Source of the DNA: an uncultured Actinomycetes bacterium
GTDB taxonomy: Bacteria > Actinomycetota > Thermoleophilia > UBA2241
Assembly: GCA_963799395.1 (NCBI GenBank)
Contig: CAWCWZ010000060.1
Span: 3,321-67,320, forward strand
Reading direction: 5' to 3'
Length of the DNA stretch: 64,000 nt
The notes under the pieces are model-generated. The model was not told the origin of the DNA. It saw nothing but the letters and a program-made list of their open reading frames with translations, and did no database searches. Shown one piece after another: positions 42,314 through 51,207 of the stretch. The translations under genes and the position numbers were made by a program. Each line of letters opens with the position of its first letter. The first letter of the stretch is position 1.

Positions 42314-42391
42314 GAGGGACGGGCGGCTGCCATACGGCAGCCGCCCGTCCCTCGACGCAGAGGCGGCCGCGGCCTTACGGCCGCGGCCGCC
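42314..42391. terminator. Two tandem perfect hairpins between convergent genes
   Basis: gagggacgggcggctgcc-atac-ggcagccgcccgtccctc followed by ggcggccgcggcc-ttac-ggccgcggccgcc. Confidence 0.5.
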
Positions 42392-42400
42392 CCATCAGGC

Positions 42401-43213
42401 TCACCAGTCGGAGAAGCCGGTGTTGTACCAGAGCTTGCTCGTGCCCTTCTTGGCGCGCTTGTTCCAGCCCTTGGTCTTGGGCTCGGCCTCGATGCGCGCG
42501 AGGAACTGGTCGCAGCGGTCCTTGATGTGCTGGCGCTGCTCGGGCGTGAAGGCCGGCACGTTGTCGACGTGCTCCTTGACGCGGCCGAAGTTGGTGGTGG
42601 CCGTGTACCAGAAGCCCCAGTCGTCGGCGAAGCGCCGGGCGATGTAGGTCTGATTGATCCTCTGTGTGTCGTCGTCGCCGATCTCGGCGGTCGTCAGCAG
42701 ATACTCGATGTCCTTCAGGTCCTTGTCGTTGATCTCCCAGATCTGCAGCTTCTGCAGCATGATGTCGGCGAGCGTCACGCTATAGGGGTCGAGCTCGAGA
42801 CGATCCTTGTAGAGGACCTCGTGACAGTAGTCGAGCTTGTCGAAGAACACGTCGATCATGGGCACGGGACCGGCGTAGTAGATGTGCCGCGTCTTGCCCG
42901 ACGCCATCATCGTCGGCAGGTCGCACTCGTAGCCGAGGGTCTCCATGAACTTGGGCATCTTGCCGCTGTTCTTGCCGTAGGCGGCGTAGTCGATGTCGGT
43001 GAAGTAGCGCTCACCCAGGCGCTCGAGCCGGGCATAGAGCTCGATCTGCTCGGGGAAGTAGTAGTGCAGCGCGAGCGGACCCATGACCCGCATGACGATG
43101 TCGGCCTGGCGAGCGGCGTCGACGATCCTCTTGCCCTCCGCAAGGAAGGCTTCGGGCTTGGGATACTGGTCGAGCGGGATGTCCTTCGGCAGGATGAAGG
43201 GCTTGGTGCTCAT
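42401..43213 (-). CDS. Hypothetical protein (K/Y/D/F-rich, lower-GC gene)
   Basis: Intact 270 aa ORF with unbiased, protein-like composition. No domain recognised. Confidence 0.5.
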   Translation of the reverse strand: MSTKPFILPKDIPLDQYPKPEAFLAEGKRIVDAARQADIVMRVMGPLALHYYFPEQIELYARLERLGERYFTDIDYAAYGKNSGKMPKFMETLGYECDLPTMMASGKTRHIYYAGPVPMIDVFFDKLDYCHEVLYKDRLELDPYSVTLADIMLQKLQIWEINDKDLKDIEYLLTTAEIGDDDTQRINQTYIARRFADDWGFWYTATTNFGRVKEHVDNVPAFTPEQRQHIKDRCDQFLARIEAEPKTKGWNKRAKKGTSKLWYNTGFSDW

Positions 43214-43286
43214 CGCCTGCTATCGCCTCCTTTGGACCACGGACGGAAGACGCCGGCCGGGCGCCGCGTGGATCGATCGTCGTGGA

Positions 43287-44219
43287 TCAACCCTGGGTGA
43301 ACACGTAGTCCTTCACCTTCTTCTTGTCGAGCATGATGATGACGCCCTTGAGGATGCCCTCGGAGTACTCGCTGCCGGGGTTGATCATGAGCGTGCGGCC
43401 GGCCTTCTGGGCGCCGCGCGACTCGTGGATGTGGCCGTGGAGGCCGAGCAGCGGCTGGTACTTCTCGATGACCTGCTTGGCGCCCTGGCTGCCGGCGTGG
43501 ATCTTCTCTTCGGCCGCCATCTTCATGTTCTCGTCGAGTTTCGGGCACAGGTCGAGCGAGTAGCCGTAGGGCGGCACGTGGAAGTTGAAGATCGCGCTCT
43601 CGTAGTTGGTGACGCGCTTGACGAGCTCGTCGAGATGGACTGAGAGCTCTTCCTCGGACTCCTCACGCGGCGTGTCCCACGGTGTCGGGTTGCTGCGCGA
43701 GCACGACACCATCTCGTGCCCGTCGATGTCGACGACCAGGTTGTCGCAGGGCTTGACCAGCTTCATGCAGGAGATCATGTCGTCGACCTCCCACCAGTCG
43801 TCGTTGCCCGGACAGATGTAGACCTCGTGGCTCTTGCCCTCGAGGCGCTCGTCGGCCAGCTCGAGCCATTCCTGGATGCGCTCGTAGGCGCGGTGCTTGA
43901 AGAGCTTGTCGATCAGCTTGGGGTCGGCCTTGGTGGCTTCGAACTCCTCGCGGGTCTGATGCACCCAGTAGTAGCCCGCGTTCTCGATGATCTTCTTGAC
44001 GTCGGCGAGCTCGGCTTCGGTGTTCATCTCGGTGTACATGCCCATGAGGTGGCACTCCCAGCCACCGCCGGGCTTTTCGACCATGGGGATGAGCACCTTG
44101 CCGAGCAGGTCGCCGTTCAGCACGGCGACGTCGACGCCGTAGATGGGCAGGGCGTTCAGGAACTTGCGGTAGCAGACGTTCGAGCCGTGGATATCGGTGA
44201 CGTAGAACAGTTTGATCAT
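43287..44219 (-). CDS. Calcineurin-like metallophosphoesterase
   Basis: Phosphoesterase motifs DIHG, GDL, GNDD and GHIH in order. 310 aa. Confidence 0.7.
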   Translation of the reverse strand: MIKLFYVTDIHGSNVCYRKFLNALPIYGVDVAVLNGDLLGKVLIPMVEKPGGGWECHLMGMYTEMNTEAELADVKKIIENAGYYWVHQTREEFEATKADPKLIDKLFKHRAYERIQEWLELADERLEGKSHEVYICPGNDDWWEVDDMISCMKLVKPCDNLVVDIDGHEMVSCSRSNPTPWDTPREESEEELSVHLDELVKRVTNYESAIFNFHVPPYGYSLDLCPKLDENMKMAAEEKIHAGSQGAKQVIEKYQPLLGLHGHIHESRGAQKAGRTLMINPGSEYSEGILKGVIIMLDKKKVKDYVFTQG

Positions 44220-44288
44220 CTATCACGCTCCCTGTGATGAAACTGGGGGCGGGAGCCGGAACTCCCGCCCCCCACGCGGCTTGTCAGG

Positions 44289-45926
44289 TCACTCCGGAGG
44301 CAGCTCGCCGTAGGTCACGGCCGAGATGTCCATGCCGGACTTCGACTTGTTGTAGGCGCTCCAGGCGTAGTACCAGATGATGCCGGCGACCCAGATACCG
44401 ACGAACAGAATGACCGAGGAGCCGGTGAACGTCGCGGTCGCCGCGTTGTGGACGATGAAGTAGTAGAGCAGGATGCAGAGGTAGACCATGTCGACCGAGG
44501 CGCCCCAGACGATCACGGGCAGGCCGAGGAAGGTCCACTTCTTGTACGGCGACGAATCCCACACGCCCTTGGCCCTGCGTGAGTAGGGGAACCAGAAGGC
44601 AGCGATCGCCGTCGGAATGAACACCGAGGTCACCTGCATGCCGGTGAGCACGATGTTCTGCATCGTGTTCTGCAGGAGCGTGTAGTAGAGGACGAGCAAT
44701 GCCTGACCGAGGACGAGGCAGAGAACGTGGTTCTTGACCGGCGAAGCGAAGCGCGGGTTGATGTCGGTGAACCACTTGGGGCCCATGCGGTCCATGCCCC
44801 AGGCGAACAGGATACGCGGGAAGGCCAGGTACGAAAGCGCCAGCCACCAGACGGTGAAGGCCACATACGAGAAGCCCATGATGCCGGCGGCGAGCTTCGT
44901 GTACCAGGCCGACGTACCTATGACGTACACGGCGAGGTCGATGAAGTTGCTGCCGTACGGCATGTGGGCCATCGAGGCGATCGGCCCGTTGTTGTCGTTC
45001 CAGGCCGACGCGTTCAGGAACTGGAAGCCGACCGTGTGGTACAGGATGATGGCGAACCACATCATGAAGATGAACGGCACCAGGATGGCGAAGGTGTTGG
45101 CCCAGATGATCGACTTGTCGGGGCGCTTGACCTCGCCGGCGATGAAGGCGATCGAGTAGGCGTAGGCGAACAGCCACGACATGGCGACCATGGTGCCCAG
45201 GGTGGCGCTCCAGTTCGTGTGCGTGGGCATGACCTGGCCGGCGGCCGTGCCGACCTGAGCGATGAAGGTGTGGTAGGTGGGGCCGTGGACGCCAGGCGCC
45301 GCCGCGGCCGCGTCCCACTTGCTCATGAACTTGGCCCGCGACGTGAAGGTCAGGACCACGCCGATCAGGGCGCAGCCGCCGATGCCGAAGAACATGACGA
45401 TCTTCTGCGCCCGGGCAAAGATCTTGATGCCGAAGACCACGAACAGGAAGCCGACGACGTTGAGAATGGACGCGATGAGGAAGGTGTGCCAGGTGGCGCT
45501 GACCAGCCAGTTGGAGGCGCCGGTCCAGCCCAGGTAGTTGAAGGTGATGGTGAGACCGGGATCGACGGCCAGCGGCGCCAGCACGTAGAGCCACATCAGC
45601 CAGATGGCGGCGTCGCCGAAGCTCTGGGCGATGCCGTAGACCGGGTGGATGATGCGCGAGTTGTACACGTACTCGCCGCCCGACCGCGGCATGGAGCCGC
45701 CGAGGATGCCCCAGACGAGCGGGAAGCCGATGCCGGCCAGCACGGCCGAGATGATGGCGGCGATGATGAGGTTGCCACCGAGGAAGACGCCGAGACCGAG
45801 GCTGATGGTCACCCAGATGCTGGGAGTCAGTCCCTGGTTCATGAAGCCGACCGCGAACGCGTCCATCATGGAGAGGCCGCGCACCAGGCCGCTTGCCTTG
45901 CGTGCATAAGCTAGTTCGTCAGACAC
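44289..45926 (-). CDS. APC superfamily amino acid/polyamine permease
   Basis: About 12 TM helices with APC-family glycine-rich motifs. Start uncertain: a GTG at 45926 with AAGGGGG upstream, or the upstream ATG at 45965. Confidence 0.75.
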   Translation of the reverse strand: MSDELAYARKASGLVRGLSMMDAFAVGFMNQGLTPSIWVTISLGLGVFLGGNLIIAAIISAVLAGIGFPLVWGILGGSMPRSGGEYVYNSRIIHPVYGIAQSFGDAAIWLMWLYVLAPLAVDPGLTITFNYLGWTGASNWLVSATWHTFLIASILNVVGFLFVVFGIKIFARAQKIVMFFGIGGCALIGVVLTFTSRAKFMSKWDAAAAAPGVHGPTYHTFIAQVGTAAGQVMPTHTNWSATLGTMVAMSWLFAYAYSIAFIAGEVKRPDKSIIWANTFAILVPFIFMMWFAIILYHTVGFQFLNASAWNDNNGPIASMAHMPYGSNFIDLAVYVIGTSAWYTKLAAGIMGFSYVAFTVWWLALSYLAFPRILFAWGMDRMGPKWFTDINPRFASPVKNHVLCLVLGQALLVLYYTLLQNTMQNIVLTGMQVTSVFIPTAIAAFWFPYSRRAKGVWDSSPYKKWTFLGLPVIVWGASVDMVYLCILLYYFIVHNAATATFTGSSVILFVGIWVAGIIWYYAWSAYNKSKSGMDISAVTYGELPPE

Positions 45927-46012
45927 TATCGCCCCCTTGGATCCCTTCAACGACCGCCCGACCATACTGGAGAGACTACGGGGACGGCCGTCCGATACAC
46001 ACCTACCTTGAG

Positions 46013-46504
46013 CTAGAGTCCGCCGCCTCCCTTCTCCCCGACCGTCTCGGGAATGCGCCACTGATAGATGTCCTTGAGCTTCCAGGGGACCACGACGGTC
46101 CTTGTCCGCGAGACTCCCTGGACCTTGCCGATCACCTCGTCGACGAAGCGCAACAGGTCTTCGGTGTCGCGCGCGTACACCTGCGCGCTCAAGTCGCCGT
46201 CGCCGACCGATCCGGCGACGTAGCTGATGTTGTCGAGGCTGCAGAGCCGCTCGGCCACGGCCTGGAGCATGCCGGGCGCGACCTCGATGATCACGTCGCC
46301 GGTGACCCGGTAGCCGACCGCCTGCGGGTTGACGATGGCGGTAACCTTGATGACGCCGGCGCGCACGAGCCGCTCGATGCGGTAGCGCACGGCCCGTTCG
46401 GACACGTGACCGATGCGACGGGTCATCTCAGCGGACGAGACGCGACCGTCTTCGGAAAGGAGCGCGACGATCTGGCGATCGATCGCGTCGAGAGTGAATG
46501 TCAC
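46013..46504 (-). CDS. Lrp/AsnC family transcriptional regulator
   Basis: HTH (LDAIDRQIVALLSEDGRVSSAEMTRRIGHVSERAVRYRIERL) plus a RAM domain. 163 aa. Confidence 0.8.
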   Translation of the reverse strand: MTFTLDAIDRQIVALLSEDGRVSSAEMTRRIGHVSERAVRYRIERLVRAGVIKVTAIVNPQAVGYRVTGDVIIEVAPGMLQAVAERLCSLDNISYVAGSVGDGDLSAQVYARDTEDLLRFVDEVIGKVQGVSRTRTVVVPWKLKDIYQWRIPETVGEKGGGGL

Positions 46505-46734
46505 CCCAGTTCCCCCATCGTCTGTACAACGCCCTGTACTTCAATCCAACCGTCGGAAAATGTCAACCTGCCGCGCAGCCTCGTAGGATTCGCACACTCG
46601 CCTGCGACCGCACGTCGGTTTCTGACAGTCCGCACCACGAAGGGAACGCGACCGAAGAACTCGGCCGAAACCCCCCGGGGCGCAGACTATCGCACCTCGC
46701 CCGCCAATGCGAGGGGTGTCGAGCCTCGCGGGCG

Positions 46735-48627
46735 TCAGGTCGGACTGCCGGGGCGGGCGCCCACGGCGGCGACCTCGTCGCCCGTCAGGCGCTGCACGGC
46801 GCCGAACTTACAGACCTGGCGGCAGGTGTCGCACTTCGTACAAAGTGTGGTGTCGATCGCGTGGGCCTGCTTGCGCTCGCCGCCGACGGCGCCGACCGGA
46901 CACTTCTTGACGCACAGCGTGCAGCCCGTGCAGGTCTCGGGATCGATGCTGTAGGTGATGAGCGCGATGCAGGCCCGCGCCGGGCAGGCGGCGTCGTAGA
47001 TGTGGGCCTCGTACTCGTCGCGGAAGTAGCGGATGGTCGTGAGCACGGGGTTGGGTGCCGTCTGGCCCAGCCCGCAGAGGCTGGTGCGCTTGATCGTCTC
47101 GGCGAGCTTCTGCAGGCGTTCGATGTCGCCGTCCTCGCCTTGGCCGGCCGTGATGCGCTCGAGGATCTCGAGCATGCGCTTGGTGCCCAGGCGGCAGGGA
47201 ACGCACTTGCCGCAGCTCTCGTTCTGGGTGAACTGCAAGAAGTAGCGCGCGAGGTCGACCATGCAGGTCTGGTCGTCGGCGACGACCATGCCGCCCGAGC
47301 CCATGATCGCGCCGGTGGCGGCCAGGCTCTCGTAGTCGATCGGCGTGTCGATCAGCGCCGCCGGCACGCAGCCGCCCGAGGGGCCACCGAGCTGCACCGC
47401 CTTGAACTCGCGGCCGCCCTTGATGCCGCCGCCGACGCCGTAGACCATCTCCCTGATGGTCGAGCCGATCGGCACCTCGGCGAGGCCGCCGTTGACCACC
47501 TTGCCGGCCAGCGAGAAGGCCTTGGTGCCGCGGCTCTTCTCGGTGCCCAGCGCGGCGTAGGCGGCCGCGCCGTTGGTGATGATCCAGGGGATGTTGGCGT
47601 AGGTCTCGACGTTGTTGATGTTGGTGGGCTTGCTCCAGAGGCCCGACACCGCCGGGAACGGCGGCCGCGAGCGCGGCATGCCGCGACGGCCCTCGATGCT
47701 CGCCATCAGGGCCGTCTCCTCGCCGCAGACGAAGGCGCCGGCGCCCTCCTTGATCTTCACATGGAAGCTCCGGTCGGAGCCGAACACCCCGTCGCCGAGG
47801 AAGCCGCGCTCTTCGGCCTGGGCGATCGCCAGGCGCAGGCGCTTGACCGCCAGGGGATACTCGGCGCGCACGTAGATGTAGCCGTCGCGGGCGCCGATCG
47901 CATACGAGCCGATGATCATGCCCTCGATCACCGCGTGCGGGTCGCCGTCCATGATCGAAGCGTCCATGAAGGCGCCGGGGTCGCCCTCATCGCCGTTGCA
48001 GATGAGGTACTTCTGGTCGCTCTGCGAGGCGGCCGCGAACTTCCACTTCTGGCCGGTCGGAAAGCCGGCGCCGCCGCGGCCGCGGATGCCCGAGGCGAGG
48101 ACCTCGTCGACGACCCACTCGGGCGTCTTCTCGGTGACGACGGTGCGGGCGGCGGCGTAGCCGCCGCGTGCGACGTACTCCTCGATGCGCTCGGGGTGGA
48201 TGATGCCGACGTCGCGCAGCGCGATGCGCGTCTGCTGGGCGTAGAAGGGGATGTCGTGCCAGCAGGCGATGCGCTCGCCGCTGCCCGGCTCGATGTAGAG
48301 GAGGTCTTCGACGATGGCGCCGCCGACGAGGTGTTCCTCGACGATGCGCTTGACGTGCTTGGCCTTGAGCTTGGGGTAGTAGGTCTCCTCGCCCGAGATG
48401 ACCGCGAGCGGCCCCTGCGAGCAGAGGCCGTGACAGCCGATGATGGCGACCTCGACCTCGTCGGCCAGACCGGCCGCGGCGATCTCCTCTTCGAAGGCCG
48501 CGAACATCTTGAGCGAGCCGGCGAAGACGCAGGCCGTGCCGGCGCAGACCTGCACGCGGCGCTTGCCGTTCGCGGCCGGCACGACACCGACGCGCACGCC
48601 GCCGGCGGCGGCCATCTCGTCACTCAT
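46735..48627 (-). CDS. NuoF-like NAD(H)-binding flavoprotein with N-terminal thioredoxin-like [2Fe-2S] and C-terminal 2x[4Fe-4S] domains (HydB / FdhB type)
   Basis: FMN/NADH-binding motifs (GRGGAGFPTG, ICNGDEGDPGAF), the SLBB domain, an ESCGKCVPCR 4Fe-4S motif and a C-terminal ferredoxin domain (CTGCTLCVKKCP, CTKCDTCRQVC). Confidence 0.8.
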   Translation of the reverse strand: MSDEMAAAGGVRVGVVPAANGKRRVQVCAGTACVFAGSLKMFAAFEEEIAAAGLADEVEVAIIGCHGLCSQGPLAVISGEETYYPKLKAKHVKRIVEEHLVGGAIVEDLLYIEPGSGERIACWHDIPFYAQQTRIALRDVGIIHPERIEEYVARGGYAAARTVVTEKTPEWVVDEVLASGIRGRGGAGFPTGQKWKFAAASQSDQKYLICNGDEGDPGAFMDASIMDGDPHAVIEGMIIGSYAIGARDGYIYVRAEYPLAVKRLRLAIAQAEERGFLGDGVFGSDRSFHVKIKEGAGAFVCGEETALMASIEGRRGMPRSRPPFPAVSGLWSKPTNINNVETYANIPWIITNGAAAYAALGTEKSRGTKAFSLAGKVVNGGLAEVPIGSTIREMVYGVGGGIKGGREFKAVQLGGPSGGCVPAALIDTPIDYESLAATGAIMGSGGMVVADDQTCMVDLARYFLQFTQNESCGKCVPCRLGTKRMLEILERITAGQGEDGDIERLQKLAETIKRTSLCGLGQTAPNPVLTTIRYFRDEYEAHIYDAACPARACIALITYSIDPETCTGCTLCVKKCPVGAVGGERKQAHAIDTTLCTKCDTCRQVCKFGAVQRLTGDEVAAVGARPGSPT

Positions 48628-49228
48628 GGCCGCCGTCCTTTGCCGAGCCGCTCGCCCCGGGGTGTGCGTCCCCGGGCCCGGCCGTGGCGCCCCTCAGGTC
48701 GTCGGCCGTGAGGCCGAGGCCGCCGAGCACCTCGAGGATGTACTTGCGGGTCGCGTCGGGCGTGAGGTTGCCAAAGGTCTCGGCGTCGATGCGCATGACC
48801 GGCGCCTGGGAGCAGGCCCCCATGCAGGCCACCGAGCCGAGCGTGAAGCTCATGTCCGGCGTGGTGCCGCCGTCGGGCACGCCGAGCTCCTGCTCGAGGG
48901 CCTCGGTGATCCGCGGCGCGCCGGCCACGTGACAGGCGGTGCCGTGGCAGACGAAGACCCTGTGACGGCCGCTGGGCTCGGTCGAGAACTGGGCGTAGAA
49001 GGTGACGATGCCGTAGATGCGTGAGGCGGGCACGCCCGACAGCCGGGCGATCTCGTCGACGACCGGTTCGGGCAGATAGCCGTAGTGAGCCTGCACATGC
49101 TGCAGCACGGCGATGAGGTTGCCGTTCGGGTCGATCTCGCCGACGACCCGGCCGACCTCGGACAGGTCGAGATCGAGAGCAGACGCCGCGGGATCGGCCT
49201 GGGGGGTGTCTTTTGCGCGCCTGGGCAT
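48620..49228 (-). CDS. NuoE-like [2Fe-2S] thioredoxin-like subunit
   Basis: CHGTAC...CMGAC 2Fe-2S motif. Start taken at MPRRAKD; the alternatives MMER at 49276/49279 are possible. It overlaps the downstream NuoF-like gene start. Confidence 0.7.
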   Translation of the reverse strand: MPRRAKDTPQADPAASALDLDLSEVGRVVGEIDPNGNLIAVLQHVQAHYGYLPEPVVDEIARLSGVPASRIYGIVTFYAQFSTEPSGRHRVFVCHGTACHVAGAPRITEALEQELGVPDGGTTPDMSFTLGSVACMGACSQAPVMRIDAETFGNLTPDATRKYILEVLGGLGLTADDLRGATAGPGDAHPGASGSAKDGGHE

Positions 49229-49454
49229 CGCATCACTCCGCTTCGTCACCACGAACGGCCCACGGGGGCGTTCCATCATCAACGTCGGCTGCGTGTCTGC
49301 TCGAGCCGGTCGCCGCGCGTCGGCATCGCGGCCCGAGACCCGGACGACCGCTCGACCCATTGTCGCGCCTCGGCGGCGGGGCGCGCAACCGCGAGCCCCG
49401 GCGGCGGGGCGCGCCACCGCGCGCCACCGCCGACGGCCGCGAGCGGCTCGCGCC

Positions 49455-50336
49455 TCAGGCCGCCCCGGTCTGCGCCTTGCAGGCCGCCAGGGCGTTCTTC
49501 AGGAGGATCACATTGGTCACCGGGCCGACCCCGCCGGGCACCGGGGTGACCTTCGAGGCCACCTCGCAGACGCCGTCGAACTCGAGGCTGCCGACCTGCT
49601 TGCCGTCGATGCGGATGGTGGTGACGTCGACGACGATCGCGCCCGGCTTGACCATGTCCTTCTTGATCAGGTTCTGCACCGGCGCGGCGCAGATGAGCAC
49701 GTCGGCCTCGCGGCAGGCGGCGGGCACGTCCTTGCTGAACACGTGGACGACGTGCACGGTCGCGTTCTTGTTCAGGCACAGCAGGGCGGCCGGCTTGCCG
49801 ACGATGTTCGAGTGGTTGACGATCGTGACGTTGAGGCCCCGGTCCTTGCCCTCGTCGTCGACGTACATCAGGTCGACGCCTTCTCGCGCGAGGATCTCCA
49901 TGCAGGCCGACGGCGTGGCCGGCGCGAACAGAAAGTCGCCGAGCAGCACATGACCGATGTTGGCCGGGTTCACGCAGTCGAGGTCCTTTACCTGTGCGAT
50001 GGCGTTGAAGACGGCGTTCTGGTCGATCTCGCCGGCCATCGGCATGAGGGCCAGGATGCCGTGCACGGCCGGGTCGGCGTTGAGCCCGGCGATGAGGTCG
50101 AGGACCTCGGCCTGGCTCGTACCGGCCGGCAGCGTGTGGTTGAAGTAGTTGAAGCCGACCGTGCCGGTGTTCTTCTCGATCTGACCGCGGTAGAACTGCG
50201 CGCCGCCGTCGTCGCCGACGAGGATGGTCGCGACGCCCGGCTTGACGCCCCGGGCGGCGAGCTTCTCGACCTCGGCGACGATCTCGGCGCGCACCTGCTC
50301 GGCGATCGCCTTGCCGTCGATGATCTGCGCTGTCAT
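49455..50336 (-). CDS. folD: Bifunctional methylene-THF dehydrogenase / methenyl-THF cyclohydrolase
   Basis: MTAQIIDGKAIAEQ... FolD fold with the cyclohydrolase and NAD(P) motifs. Real start about 100 codons inside the track ORF, +/-1 nt. Confidence 0.85.
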   Translation of the reverse strand: MTAQIIDGKAIAEQVRAEIVAEVEKLAARGVKPGVATILVGDDGGAQFYRGQIEKNTGTVGFNYFNHTLPAGTSQAEVLDLIAGLNADPAVHGILALMPMAGEIDQNAVFNAIAQVKDLDCVNPANIGHVLLGDFLFAPATPSACMEILAREGVDLMYVDDEGKDRGLNVTIVNHSNIVGKPAALLCLNKNATVHVVHVFSKDVPAACREADVLICAAPVQNLIKKDMVKPGAIVVDVTTIRIDGKQVGSLEFDGVCEVASKVTPVPGGVGPVTNVILLKNALAACKAQTGAA

Positions 50337-50392
50337 CTTGAGTCCAGTCCTTTGTTCGCTTGCCTTCGCGCGACGGGCCGCCGCGCGCTGCT

Positions 50393-51034
50393 TTACAGCT
50401 TGCTGTGGGTGATCGCCATGACCTCGGCGCGCAGCGTGACGGCGTCGGCGAGGATGCTCTCGAGCTCGGCGCGGCACTGGGCCACGTAGGACTCGTCCCT
50501 GATCGACCCCAGGTTGATCAGCACGTTCAGGGCGGCGCCCTGCGCCGCCCCCTCGCCGAGGATGGCGCCGATCGCGGCATCGGTCACGGCGGCCGGGTTG
50601 CCGAGCTCGGCCGCCGTCTTTGCCAGGCGGCACACATCGAGCGCCACGCGGGCGATCTCGAGCGGCACGTTGGCCGCCACCTTGAGCGCCGCCTGGATGT
50701 GGGCGGCGCGGACGGTCTGCTGCTCGGCCGTGTCCTTGGGCATGCGGTAGCCCTCGATCACGCCGTTGTAGGCGGTGGTGTCGTCCTGCAGGAGGCGCTC
50801 GAGCTCGGTGCGGCAGGCCTCGGAGCGGCCCACGATGTCTTTCAGGGACGCCTCGACTGCGGCGAACTTCTCTTTCCCGATCGTCAGGTTACAGACCATC
50901 GACACGAGCGCCGCGCCCAGGGCGCCGGCGCAGGCCGAGACGCTGCCGCCGCCCGGCGCCGGCTTGCCCGACGCGGCGTCGTCGACGTAGGTCTGCAGGG
51001 GTTCGTCGCGGTAGATGGTGACTTCGTCGCTCAC
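50393..51034 (-). CDS. fchA: Formiminotransferase-cyclodeaminase / methenyl-THF cyclohydrolase (FchA-like)
   Basis: 213 aa, FTCD C-terminal cyclodeaminase domain homology. GTG start. Confidence 0.75.
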   Translation of the reverse strand: MSDEVTIYRDEPLQTYVDDAASGKPAPGGGSVSACAGALGAALVSMVCNLTIGKEKFAAVEASLKDIVGRSEACRTELERLLQDDTTAYNGVIEGYRMPKDTAEQQTVRAAHIQAALKVAANVPLEIARVALDVCRLAKTAAELGNPAAVTDAAIGAILGEGAAQGAALNVLINLGSIRDESYVAQCRAELESILADAVTLRAEVMAITHSKL

Positions 51035-51207
51035 CCGTTCCTCCGATCACTTAAGGAACCATCGCGCGGTCCGGCCCGCTCACCGCGCCCGCCATGGGCG
51101 CGGCGTCGGCGACCGTCCCGTCACAGTGGGTACGGGGCGGCGGCGCCTGTCTCCATAGTGTGGGCGCCGCCGCCCCGGGTCGTTACGGCCTGGCTGTCCG
51201 GCCTTCT

